Assembly: GCF_964213995.1 (NCBI RefSeq) | Contig: NC_135801.1 | Span: 93,000,001-93,064,000 of the forward strand | Direction: 5' to 3' | From: Mustelus asterias | Taxonomy: Eukaryota | Length of the DNA stretch: 64,000 nt | Part shown: piece after piece, positions 11,981 to 23,821 of the stretch | Numbering within the stretch: the first letter of the stretch is position 1 | How the letters are laid out: each line of letters begins with the position of its first letter | Position numbers and translations under genes: made by a program | Notes under the pieces: generated by a model | What the model was told of the DNA's origin: nothing | Seen by the model: the letters and a program-made list of their open reading frames with translations, nothing else | Database searches by the model: none

Positions 11981-12310
11981 AGAACATAGAACAGTACAGC
12001 ACAGAACAGGCCCTTCGGCCCACGATGTTGTGCCGAGCTTTATCTGAAACCAAGATCAAGCTATCCCACTCCCTATCATCCTGGTGTGCTCCATGTGCCT
12101 ATCCAATAACCGCTTAAATGTTCCTAAAGTGTCTGACTCCGCTATCACTGCAGGCAGTCCATTCCACACCCCAACCACTCTCTGCGTAAAGAACCTACCT
12201 CTGATATCCTTCCTGTATCTCCCACCACGAACCCTATAGTTATGCCCCCTTGTAATAGCTCCATCCACCCGAGGAAATAGTCTTTGAACGTTCACTCTAT
12301 CTATCCCCTT
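11981..12310 (-). mobile_element. Young 5'-truncated CR1/HER1 3' end
   Basis: Encodes the ORF2 C-terminus (RGRFFTQRVVGVWNGLP) and has a (ttctatg)n-type tail. 12-bp TSD ctctcagatcat at 11969-11980 and 12311-12322. Confidence 0.93.
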
Positions 12311-12516
12311 CTCTCAGATCATCCACTAATCAATGTCTAATCATAGCAATTCAAACTTCTCACTTTATAATGAATTAGTCACAAAATTTTAATAATTCAC
12401 ACAACCATTATAAAATGTGATTGCAACTCGCTGTTACAAAAATAAACTTTTTTTTTAACCTATTCATGAAATGGCATGACAGCAGCCAGCATTACATTCT
12501 GTGGCATTATTTTAAC

Positions 12517-12875
12517 AGAATCCCTATAGTGCAAGAGATGCCTGTTCCTCTCATCCAAGTCTGCACCGACTCTCTAAAAGGGCATCTTACTCAGGCTTAG
12601 CACCTCCCCCCAACCCCCTCCCACCCTATTCCCATAACCCCATGCATTTATCATGACTAATCCACCTAACCTATTGATCCCTGGATGCTAAGGGACAACT
12701 TAGCATGGCCAATCCACCTAACTTGCACAATATTTGGACTGTGGGAGGAAACCCACATTCTCCCAGACACGGGGAGAATGTGCAAACTCCACACAGTCAT
12801 CCCGAGGGCAGAATTGAACCTGGGTCCCTGGCGCTATAAGGCAGTAGTGCTAACCCCTCTGCCACCGTGCTGCCC
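12517..12875 (-). mobile_element. HE1-type SINE, diverged
   Basis: Recognisable head, core (gagaatgtgcaaactccacacag on plus) and tail. Confidence 0.85.
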
Positions 12876-13069
12876 ACATATTTATCACTCGGTCTGGAAT
12901 AAGATGCCATCTTCGTTTACTTAAATAGTGAGTGCATTTTGGTTGAGGCCAATTTTCAAGGGGATTCATATGTATCATGCATATAATCATATGGAATTGT
13001 TTACATTTTATGCTTTCTCAGATTGTAGCTCAGATCCTAGAAGACCATACTGCCAGACTAAGTGAACAA

Positions 13070-13345
13070 CATGTATTTATACAGCACCTTTAACTAATAA
13101 AACCTTTCAAGGTGCTTCACAGAGGTATTATCAAACAAAATATGCCATTGAGCCACCTAAGGAGATATTAGGGAAGATGGGCAACCACTTGATCAAAGAG
13201 GCAGGTTTTAAGCAGTATCTTAAAAGAATGAAAGGGGTAGAGAAGTAGTGAGCTGTAGGGAGGGAATTCCACAACTTCTGAAGCAATTGAGAGCACGGCT
13301 TCCAATGGCAGACTGATTAAAATCAGGGATGCTTAACTTAAGGGA
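13070..13345 (-). mobile_element. L2 LINE 3' end fragment
   Basis: atttatacagcacctttaa...aaggtgcttcacag...gagccac..aaggagatattagg...tcaaagaggcaggttttaag, shared with the copies at 20083, 45365 and 61530. Confidence 0.7.
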
Positions 13346-13674
13346 GTGTTGATGTTTTCAATATTTCTTTTAATCAGTGGCACCCTAGAAAGTAATTTGA
13401 ATTAAGCTTTCATCAGGTTTGGGAATTTTTTGGCAAGCTGTTCCTGGAATATTCATCAACAGCTTGTACTTAACAGCATCTGCACCAAACTTTGTGGTTT
13501 CTGTCTTAATATCTACATTTGATTAACTGATCATTATTTTAGGCACTTGTTCTAATTTTCTCTGAAAATATAATTACTATCTTGAGGTAACTGTTACTGC
13601 CACTCAAAAGAAAAGTAACATGGATTTTCTCTTTTTTAAATGAATTTATGAAGTACAAAATGAGATTGTCATTT

Positions 13675-14005
13675 TAGAATCTCTACAGTGCAGAAGGAAG
13701 CTACTTGGCCCATCGATCCTGCACTGACTCTCTAACAACAATCCCGCCCAGGTCCTATCCCTGTAATCCCACCTATTTACCCAGTTAATTCCCCTAACCT
13801 ACACATCCAGGGACACCAAGGGGCAATTTAGCATGTCCAATCAACCTAGCCCGCACATCTTTGGACTGTGGGAGGAAACAAGAGCACCCGGAGGAAACCC
13901 ACGCAGACTCAGGGAGAACGTGCGAACTCCACACAATCATCCAAGGCCAAATTGAACCCCGGTCCCTGGCACTGTGAGGCAGCAGTGCTAACCACTTTGC
14001 TATGC
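13675..14005 (-). mobile_element. HE1-type SINE
   Basis: Head, core and tail as in the other copies. Confidence 0.88.
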
Positions 14006-14154
14006 TGAGTCAATTTGGACCTACAGAAAATTAATTTCACATAGAAACCATTACATTTATATAGCATCTTTCATGAGGTCAGGATTTTACAAGGCACCTG
14101 ATGGCCAGGGAAGAATATAGCAGACTTACAGAGGGTAGAGGGAGGAAACTTGTT

Positions 14155-14516
14155 CATAGAAATCATAGAAACCCTACAGTGCAGAAGGAGGCCATTCGGC
14201 CCATCGAGTCTGCACCGACCACAATCCCACCCAGGCCCTACCCCCACATATTTACCCGCGAATCCCTCTAACCTACGCATCTCAGGACTTTAAGGGGCAA
14301 TTTTTAACCTGGCCAATCAACCTATCCCGCACATCTTTGGACTGTGGGAGGAAACCGGAGCACCCGGAGGAAACCCACGCAGACACGAGGAGAATGTGCA
14401 AACTCCACACAGACAGTGACCCAAGCCGGGAATCGAACCCAGGTCCCTGGAGCTGTGAAGCAGTGGTGCTAACCACTGTGCTACCGTGCCGCCCTACTGT
14501 GCTACCGTGCCGCCCT
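14155..14516 (-). mobile_element. HE1-type SINE, young, with 21-bp tandem duplication of its 5' end
   Basis: Complete copy. actgtgctaccgtgccgccct occurs at 14475-14495 and 14496-14516. Confidence 0.93.
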
Positions 14517-14971
14517 ACCGTTTCTGTAGGTCCAAATTGTTTTATCTAGCCATTCCAGTCTGGCTTCAACTAAGTCAACCATTCCATTGTGTTCACTTAT
14601 TATTGCTCCATTTTCCACCAATATAATTGGGGTGAGGATAGGGGAGGAAGAGGGAGAGATTTCTACCTTCATATTAACTTTAAATTTCAGCAGCAGACCA
14701 GCTCTCCATTTTATCTATCCACGCAGAAGCAATCTGTTGCTCGAGTTGTCAGCTGGTATTTGAATGCTTGGACCTGGCTCACCAATCTTGGTTTTCATTT
14801 CATACATGCTGAACAACTGAATAGATTTTAGACAAATCACTCAGCTTTTGAGTCACAAAGTTATGGACTGGTTCATAGCTCCACTTATCTAGTATCCCTC
14901 GAGGCGCTCTTGAGTTCAAGATCTCAGGAGTGCAGCACTGAGCAGTGCTTGATCCTCAGGGAACACTCTCA

Positions 14972-16240
14972 TCAATTTGCCTTCCTTTTGAAACTCCTAA
15001 TCAATGCACAGTTCCATTCAGAAGCTCATGGGTAGGAGCCAATTAAAATTCAGCCTTATATATTTTGATATAAGAGATGGTTTGAAAAATCTAATGAAAA
15101 TGCTGTTTTGTGATGCCTCTGGCTCCATGGAGGTCCTTGGTTTTATATTAGAATGTGCCACTGCTGGCTAAAGTAACATGGTCCTAACATAAATGTGTCT
15201 TAAGCATGCTTGTAGTATTGAAGGTGAGAAGCCATTCAGGACAAATGATTTTAAGAGTGCAATTTAAGAATACAAAAAATCTCAGATACCACCACTCCAG
15301 AAATCTCATCAAAAGTGCATACAATCTGATGCCATTAAATACAGAAAGCATTTTGTTTCCTGCATTTCAAATTTAAGGGCAGAAAATAATGCTTGAAAAT
15401 CTGACTAGAAAAGTCATAAAGCTTTATCCTTCTGGCTTTCACTAAACATAATGTATTATGTAATACAGTCATTTTTCACCATCCACCACCTATATCATAC
15501 ATCAAGAATATTGCACTTAAACATCAGTCACCAACAGGATATATGATGTAATAAAGTTTCAAAGAGTACTGATGATATTATTTTAAGTGATGGTTCTCTC
15601 ATTCAAAAGCATTTTCAGGGTTCCTCATTCTTCCTATTCAATATATCTGACTTTTTGATAATAATTCTGCCCGTAAAGTCTTTTTTCATAGCCACAGGGC
15701 TTGAAATCTTGAAAAGTGTTATTTCACAAAACACAGCACAACAGCTTTTCCAATCAGTCAGTGTTTTGGGAAGTCATTTTACAGGAAGTGGATGACATAG
15801 ATGAAACTACTGACATCAGAAATCTCAACCACATCATTGAATTCATCCTTTAAAAAAATGATCCTGATTATGATTGATGATGCTATTGGAAATCAAGTTA
15901 GATATGAAGTAATTATAGATATCAACCATTGTCCAGTATCTGACAGAAATGCTTACAGTGCAAGTGTGGTCTCATCACAATGTAAATGCATAATCTTCAA
16001 TTAGATGGCTGTTGTCTGGATTTCAATTTATCTTCCTTTTGAAATTCCTAATCAATGCACTGTGCAGTTCAGAAGCTCATGGATAGGAGCCAATTAAAAT
16101 TCAGCTTTATATATTTAGATACAAGGACTAAAAAACCTAATGAACATGCTATTTTTTGATGCCTCTGGCTCCATGGAGGTCCTTGGTTTTATATTAGAAT
16201 ATGCCACTGCTGGCTAAAGTAACATGGTCCTAACATAAAT
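14972..16240. repeat. ~220-bp direct repeat pair (14972-15194 and 16023-16240)
   Basis: The copies align along their length. The last ~80 bp (tgatgcctctggctcc...cctaacataaat) differ at one position. Confidence 0.93.
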
Positions 16241-16636
16241 CAACATAACTTCTCAAAATAGCTAGATGCGATCATTCAATACTTCTTATATTTGAAAGTA
16301 TATTTGTTGCCTTCCTTCAGATCCACAAACTTTTTCTTTGCTTCAAAAGTCATTATTTACCAGTCCCCCTCTGAAGGCTAAAAATACCACTTGCAGCCAA
16401 AGCTGTGCTTCCCTTGTGTTCAGTTCGGAAACCCATTATATAGCCAGTTGTTGCTTTGGTGCTGTAATAAAGCAGTGAAGATAATAGCTAGATATTTCAT
16501 CTGCAAATAGAACTTTTGCTTTAGTACCATTAAGCTGGAGCCTTTTCTATCAAACTTATGTCACAACAGACCTAGGGGTCTAATGATTTGGCTGTAGACG
16601 ATCTTCAGTATATCTATTTTGAATATTTGAACTCAC

Positions 16637-16760
16637 CTGCTCCCCTCGATATGCTTTGCAGACATGGATGATTGTGAACAGCTTCTTGAGCAGCAGCAAG
16701 ACATTGAGTTTGTTTCCCTGCTACTCGTCTCAATTTCGTACTGCAAATGGATTTCTCCAT
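16637..16760 (-). CDS. Candidate alternative first coding exon of KCNIP4
   Basis: ATG at 16760 opens 41 codons + 1 nt (MEKSICSTKLRRVAGKQTQCLAAAQEAVHNHPCLQSISRGA-G). It ends at a consensus donor CAG|GTGAGT (16636-16631). Phase 1 matches the exon at 10006-10107. Surrounding sequence is not recognisably repetitive. No homology recognised. Confidence 0.5.
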
Positions 16761-18439
16761 TTGGCCCTTATAGAGTGATTGACACATTCAGGTCAGTACC
16801 TGTAATTGGACTCTACTTTGTTCCAATCAGTTTTCTCTACCTTATGGCATTGCTGTGGAATTTTACACTTCGCTTCAGGACAGATGGAACAGCTAAGTGT
16901 ACAGGAGCATTCATTTACATAGGTGTGGTAACATAGTTCAGATTCAATTTTCAGATAGCATAAAAAAGAAAGGCTGCATTTATATTGCACCTTTCATGAC
17001 CTCCAGATATCACAAAGTACTCTATTAATTAGCCAATTAGTACTTTTGAAGTGTAGTTACTGTTGTAACGTAGCAAACTCAACCTCACTTCATAAAATCT
17101 TCATACATCACAAGGCGATGAACGTCCAATTCGTGACTAATGCCATACGGTTGTGCTAGGCCCAACGTCACTCATGGTTCTCGAGGCGGTGCAGGTTTGT
17201 GGTGAACTCCTGTATGAATGCATCCCTGCTCAGACAGAAATTCATTTCAGCCCCAAGCTCCAGACCCCCCTCGGGAGTCAGAATCCCACAGCCTGAGCCA
17301 CCTCGTGGAAATGTTCTCATTGTCCTTTCGCACGGCACAAAGGGGTTTCCTATATGGGCTGGTACAGCACACCCTTCACTTCCTTGTCCTCGCCCGTTGT
17401 CTGGACACGCCTTAGCAAGCTTTATTGCTGTCCAGCAGCAGATGTCCCCAATGGACATCCCTCTACAAAGGAGTCCTCCCACTTAACACTGGGGACCGGG
17501 GGAGGAGGGTGTTGCATGCAGCAGTCCCATACAATCACAGAGTGCATCAGTTCATGGAGTCCCAGGACAGCAGGTGCCCACTAGCACCATTGAGGCCCAA
17601 TAGGGACTGGGTTGCCTATTGAACTTTAATCACATTTCAGTTTGAAGTTTCATTTGTGATTTGCTTTGATTTAAGTCAGTATCAGTTTGAGGGACTGCCA
17701 CTTCTCCTTTGTCCTTCAGTTTGTCTAATTTAATGATAGAGTCCCTACAGTGCAGAAGGAGGCCATTCAGCCCATTGAATCTGCATCAACTATCCGAAAG
17801 AATGTTTTGCCCAGGTCCTCTCCCCCATCCTCTGGCTTGAAACCTGACTGCCTGCTGAATGGGGCAAGGCGTGAATGCATTTGGGATTCCAGCTCTCTCT
17901 GCCTGTCCCAATTGGGCTCCCACACAGAGCAAGGGGTCTGAGGTGGAAGGGATCTGAGGGGGAGGGCATGTGAGGGGAGAGGAAGGCTGAGTGGTGTGGG
18001 GGGGACGGGTGACCAGTTATTTCAGTGGTGGGTGGGGAGGTCCCTCTTTGCTCAAGGGTTGGTGCTACTCCCCCTGTCAGCGGGTAAGGTCACCATTTCC
18101 ATTTTTGGGGTGAAGGGGCTTGTTAGCACGGAGATCAGGATGCCTTTTCCCGTGATCTATTAATTTGCATCTTTCAGGTGAGTGAATCTGACAGACACTG
18201 CCAGAGCCAGGGGAAAAATTTTTCCCACTGGCGTGAGTACTTAGTGTTGATCTGGGTGAATAGTGCCCTTACACTTAAAGGAAGCAAATTACATAGGTTA
18301 TGACGGGAGAACTGGATAACATTGTTTGAGTGAATAGTCCAAATTTTATGGCGGTAACTAAACAATGGGACTTATTAAAAAATTCAAAATGTTGAACAAA
18401 AATACATTCCACTGAAAAGCCAAAACTTAACAAGAAATA

Positions 18440-19760
18440 TCCTTACACAGGGCTTACTATATAGGTTAGGGATACTACTAGATTAAAATATAAGGCTTAT
18501 AAATTGGCAGAGAAAGGTATTAAGTCTGACGATTGGGAATGTTTTATGAACCAGCAAAAATTTGACAATTAAGAAAAAAAATAGAATATGAAACAAAACT
18601 AGCCAGGGATATAAAATTGATTGTTAGAACTTTTACAAGTGTATCAAAATAAAGAGAACAGCTGTAATAAATATTGATCCCTTAGAAACAGAGACAGAAT
18701 AAATTATCAAGGAATAAGGAATAAGGAATAAGGAAATGGCTAGATCATGCATCTGTCTTTACAGTAGAACACACAAGTTACATACAGAAATAAAGGGTAA
18801 ACTAGGGGGCTATAGATAGTGAGGAAACTAAGTTAATTAATACTGACATAAAAAGTGCTGGAGAAATCTAAGGGACTAAAATTCTGGCAAATCCCCAGGA
18901 CCTGATAACCTACATATTGATTGCGGTGGTTATGATTTTGCAAACATCCCTAGATTCTAGAACTGTCCAAGCAAACTGGAAGTTCATAGAATCATAGAAA
19001 CCCTACAGTGCAGAAGGAGGCCATTCGGCCCATCGAGTCTGCACCGACCACAATCCCACCCAGACCCTACCCCCACATATTTACCCGCTAATCCCTCTAA
19101 CCTACGCATCTTAGGATTCGAAGGGGCAATTTTTAACCTGGCCAATCAACCTAACCCGCACATCTTTGGACTGTGGGAGGAAACCGGAGCACCCGGAGGA
19201 AACCCACGCAGACACGAGGAGAATGTGCAAACTCCACACAGACAGTGACCCGAGCCGGGGATCGAACCCGGGACCCTGGAGCTGTGAAGCAGCAGTGCTA
19301 ACCACTGCGCTACCGTGCCGCCCTTAGTAAGTTAGTAAGTACAACATCACTATTCAAGAAAGGAAGGGGAGAGGAAGCGGGGAACTAGAGGTTAGTTGGC
19401 CTGACATCAGTCATCGGGAAAATGCTGGAATCTATTGTTAAGAAAGGCTCAACAATGCACTTAGAAAAAACAGAATGATGAGGGAACATAGCTTTTTGAT
19501 CATTTATGACTCAGATGGAGAGAAATTTCTTCATTCAAAGGGTTGTGAAGCTTTGGAATTCTCTACCACAAATTGTTGTGGTTGCTCCCATCACTGAATA
19601 TTTTAAAGATGGAGATAGATTTTTGGTTTCTCAGCGTATCAAGCGATATGGGAGAGCAGGCAGGAAAGTGGAATTGAAGCTGTAGATCAGCCATAATTCC
19701 AATTAATGCACACAAGATGCGGCCGTATGTTCCAGTCCTGCTCCTATGTTGTTATGTTAC
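18440..19760 (+). mobile_element. Degraded CR1/HER1 ORF2 fragments
   Basis: Remnants of KSPGPD, LFKKG, LTSVIGKMLES and FFIQRVVKLWNSLP motifs, ending in a CR1 tail ctcctatgttgttatgtt. Confidence 0.75.
18985..19323 (-). mobile_element. HE1-type SINE, young, nested in CR1
   Basis: Complete copy, close to the one at 14155-14495. Confidence 0.93.
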
Positions 19761-20082
19761 GTCATTCTATGGAGATAAATTATTTAAACACCTCAGTATG
19801 CAGGACAAGTTTTAATCACCCACAGTTTTGAAATATAACTGTGTTAATTATGCATTCACCTTTTGCTGTGCTTTTCTTCTCTCCTATGTTAGGTTAAAAC
19901 AGATAACCAGTTAATCTAAATTGAATAAACTGAGGGACAAATTAAAGGGGAAGCCCCTTAAAGGGATACGGCCTTAAACAAAAAAACAAATCTTGCTTTG
20001 AAAGCTGTTAGAATGGATATGTTTCTGATTTAGAGGGAGGAATAATAATACCCCAACTTGGAAGGCATACAAAAGAAAAACA

Positions 20083-21960
20083 ACGTGTATTTATAAAGTG
20101 CCTTTGATGTAATGAAATCCTAAATGTCCCCTCACAGGAACATTAGAAGACAAAGCACGACAATGAGCCACTAAAGGAATTATTTGGTTAGTTGATCAAA
20201 AGCTTAAAGAGGTAATGGGCAGGATTCTCGTACCTGTCCTGCTGTCAGCAAGAATAGAGAATTTGTGCTCAGCCAAAACTCCATTCATTGCAGCGGCACC
20301 GGAGAATCCCAGCAGCAAAGTCTGAGGTTTTTGGTGCATGTTTAAGGAGTGTCACAAAAGCAGAAAGTGAGGTAGAAGAGAGGTGGAGAGGTATAGGGAG
20401 GGTATTTAAGAATTTGTGGCCCAGGAAACTGAAGGCACAGCCAACAATGATGGTGCAATTAATATTGAGAGTGCACAAGAGGCCAGGATTAGAGCAGCAC
20501 AGATATCTTGGAGGATTATGAGATTGGATAGATTACAGAGATAGGCCCATGGAGGAATTTGAAAACAAGAATGAGAATTTTGAAATCAAAACGTTGCTTG
20601 ACACGGAGCCAATGCAGGTCAGTGGGCACAGGTTTGATAATGGAATGGGACTTACTGTGAGTTAAAACATGGGTAGAAGGGTTTTGCCTGACACCAAGTT
20701 TATACAGGATAGAATACAGGAGACCAGCCAGGAATAGTAAAGTCTAGAGGTAATGGAAGCATGAATAAGGGTTCCAGCAGATGCACAGTGACGGAGTGAA
20801 GTCTGTCAGTGTTATGGAGATTGAAATAGGTTTTAGTAATGGTGGGAATATGAATTTGGTAGCTCATGCAAACTGGCTTAATCTCAGAATGTTGTCAGGG
20901 AGATGGAGGGAGTCAGCATAGGGAACGGAGTTTGGAGCAGGGTCTGAAAACAATGGCTTCAATCTTCACAATATTTAGTTGGAGAAAATTTCTGCTGATC
21001 CGGTGCTGGATGTTGGATAAACAGTCTGATGATTTAGCAATAATAGAGGAATAGTAGAGGTAGAGCTGGGTGTTGTTCGGCACATGTGAAAAATAACACT
21101 ATGCCTTTGGTTGATGTTGCTGATGTGTAGCATGTAGGTGCAAGATAGGAGGGGGCTAAGGACATATCCTTTGGGGTCACCAATACCAATGGTGCAAGAG
21201 CATGGAGAGAAGCCATTGCAAATAACATCATCTATAATTAAATAAATAAGAATGGAACCAGGCGAGAACAGTCCCACCCAGCTGGATGAAGGTGTAGAGG
21301 CATTGGATGAGGATGGCGTGGTCAACCATGTCAGAAATTGCAGACTGATCAGGAAGGACAAGGAGGGAAAGTTTACCTTTGTCACAGTTACACAGGAGAT
21401 CATTTTTTGACTTTGATAAGAGCTGTTTCAGTATTGTGGCAGGGGTAGAAACCTGATTGGAATGATTCAAACATGGTGCTCTAGGAAAGATGTGAACAGA
21501 CATGGGAAGTGGCAATATGTTCAAAGACTTTGGAGAGGAAAGGGAGACTGAAGTTAGGGTGGTAGTTTGCAAGGATGGTGGGGGTCAAGTGTTTTTTTGT
21601 GAGGAAAGGGACAACATCTGAAGAGAAAGAGCATTTAAACTATCGGCTAACATGAAGACCAGGAGGCAAAGTTGGGTGATCAACAATTGACTAGGACCAA
21701 GATTGGGGGAACAGGGAATCCGAGCTCAGAGAGTGCATGAGAGAAACAAGAGATAGGTGTGAGTTCAGGGCTAGGTATGAAGCACAAAAGGAAGTTTGGC
21801 CAGGTACGCAAGTGAATGGGAAAGATGTGACAGAGAAAGCTGATTGGATTGTCTCAATCTTAGTGAAGAAGAAGTCCACATGGTGGGGACGGGGAGAGGA
21901 GTTGAAGCAGACAACTTGCAGTAAAGAAAGGAAGCCAGGTATTACCTTTGCATTTTGAGA
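20083..21960 (-). mobile_element. L2 LINE, degraded RT region and 3' end
   Basis: Antisense frames give CDKGKLSLLVLPDQSAISDMVDHAILIQCL (L2 LLDLSAAFDTVDH type), LAWFHSYL and GDPKGYVLSPLL. The L2 tail is at ~20085. A ~100-bp MITE-like insert (gggcaggattctc...gagaatccc) lies at ~20217-20315. Confidence 0.85.
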
Positions 21961-22643
21961 TGATGTTGACCAATCTGTCCCTCTTACCTGTTCCACCATT
22001 TAATTCGATATCATGAATAATTTCCATCTCAATTCCATTTACATGCCTTCATTCTACATCCATCAATACATCTACCTAATAAAAATCTATTTTATTAGCA
22101 GTGCAGTGCTATTGTTTTAGTCAAGCTGTGAGCAGGATCACAGGTCATTATATATCACCATAATGGGAAACTGCAAAATATTCACAACTCCTCAAGAACA
22201 TTTTTAACACAAAATTTATGGAAAAACTAAAACCATAAAAACAGTTCCTGCTCTGGTAATTGCATGGTTTTGTTATTTTTTGTGCTAGTAATGCTTATGC
22301 ATCATTTATCCTGGCCCAGCTTAATGTCTTAATCAAGATGAAATATCAGATCAACATTTCACACAGGTTAGGATGTTGATCGAAGCAGACACAACAGATC
22401 GACAGCAGATTGTTTTATTCACCATGAAAACATTGAAATGTCAGCAGTCTTCCATCCACAACACCACCTAATTGCTGTTTGCATGTTCATGCTGTGTGAT
22501 AAATGGATGCCACATTTGCCAACAAAGTAACAATGACTGCACTCCAGAATAATTTAATTCTATCTGAAGTACTTGGCAACATTTTAAATGGTGTGATAAG
22601 GCAAACTCTTTCTTGCCGTTATGTGTTGGGAAGTTACTAGATG

Positions 22644-23170
22644 CAGTAAGAAGTTTAACAACACCAGGTTAAAGTCCAACAGGTTTATTTGGTAGCAAAA
22701 GCCATACAAGCTTTCGAAGCTCTAAGCCCCTTCTTCAGGTGAGTGGGAATTCTGTTCACAAACAGAGTTTATAAAGACACAGACTCAATTTACATGAATA
22801 ATGGTTGGAATGCGAATACTTACAACTAATCAAGTCTTTAAGAAACAAAACAATGGGAGTGGAGAGAGCATCAAGACAGGCTAAAAAGATGTTTTTAGCC
22901 TGTCTTGATGCTCTCTCCACTCCCATTGTTTTGTTTCTTAAAGACTTGATTAGTTGTAAGTATTCGCATTCCAACCATTATTCATGTAAATTGAGTCTGT
23001 GTCTTTATAAACTCTGTTTGTGAACAGAATTCCCACTCACCTGAAGAAGGGGCTTAGAGCTTCGAAAGCTTGTGTGGCTTTTGCTACCAAATAAACCTGT
23101 TGGACTTTAACCTGGTGTTGTTAAACTTCTTACTGTGTTTACCCCAGTCCAACGCCGGAATCTCCACATC
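22644..23170 (+). mobile_element. Penelope-like element terminus in inverted (palindromic) configuration
   Basis: Arms 22644-22887 and 22892-23135 (244 bp, one mismatch seen), a 4-nt loop, and an unpaired 35-bp tail at 23136-23170. 13-bp TSD aagttactagatg at 22631-22643 and 23171-23183. Confidence 0.9.
23033..23077 (+). ncRNA. Minimal type-I hammerhead ribozyme-like motif (mirror copy on minus strand at 22702-22746)
   Basis: cac-CTGAAGA-a-ggggc(ttaga)gcttc-GAAA-gctt-gtg contains the core boxes CUGANGA and GAAA, stem II, a palindromic AGCU stem III and helix I cac/gtg. Such motifs are known from Penelope-like elements. Confidence 0.7.
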
Positions 23171-23743
23171 AAGTTACTAGATGAGCAGAGGAGGAAAGTT
23201 GTTTCCTGCCTCGGTTCTCAGCTCAAGAATAATTCGCAACAAGATCTTTCTTTCAGCTAACTTTCCCTCTGCTGATTAATAGTTGCTCACTTAGAATACA
23301 GTCAATGTGGTAGATCTAAATCCTCCAAATTATATTCAATAACAGTGAAGTCAAAAAGACAAATTGGGCACGCCATGGTTATCAGGATAAATTGATACCA
23401 AGGTGGCTTATTTTTCCATGAGCTGCACATTCCATTGATGCTTCATTTGCTCGTACCACACATTTTGCTCCAGTCAGCTTAAAGTGAACATTGTGCCATT
23501 GTTCTTGGATATATTATTTTAAATCTTTAGAAGTTTAATAGTCTGGTCTCTTAATGTGCAATAGAGCAAGAAATTTGTTTTTCCCTTAGTACTGTGAAGG
23601 ATATTTTAAAGTGATAAAAAGTATTTTTAAATCATTTCCTGACTTGTATTCTAATTTATTATTAGTTTGCATCACACTTCTAAAGATGGTAGAGTTTTAT
23701 AACACAGAATGCTGTATATGGCATTATTTTCCCTTCTTTACTT

Positions 23744-23821
23744 TGTGTGTGTGTGTGTGTGTCTGTGGAAGGGGGGGACGGGGGAAGGGGGGGGGACGGG
23801 GGGGGGGGGGGGACAGGGGGG
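23744..23821 (+). repeat. (TG)n microsatellite followed by long G-tracts
   Basis: About 10 TG units, then six G runs of 5 or more bases. Confidence 0.9.

Noticed and set aside
16664-16936. Plus-strand 90-aa hydrophobic ORF
   Set aside because: No recognisable family or splice context. It overlaps the better-supported minus-strand exon candidate.
17097-17600. Possible second Harbinger relic (IFIHHKAMNVQFV on plus; GGLL...CC...RDAFIQEF on minus)
   Set aside because: Motif hints are short and on opposite strands, so they cannot be supported without a search.
22756-23023. Twin 72-aa ORFs on opposite strands (also 864..1127 and 1100..1354)
   Set aside because: Direct by-products of palindromic DNA with no protein motif.
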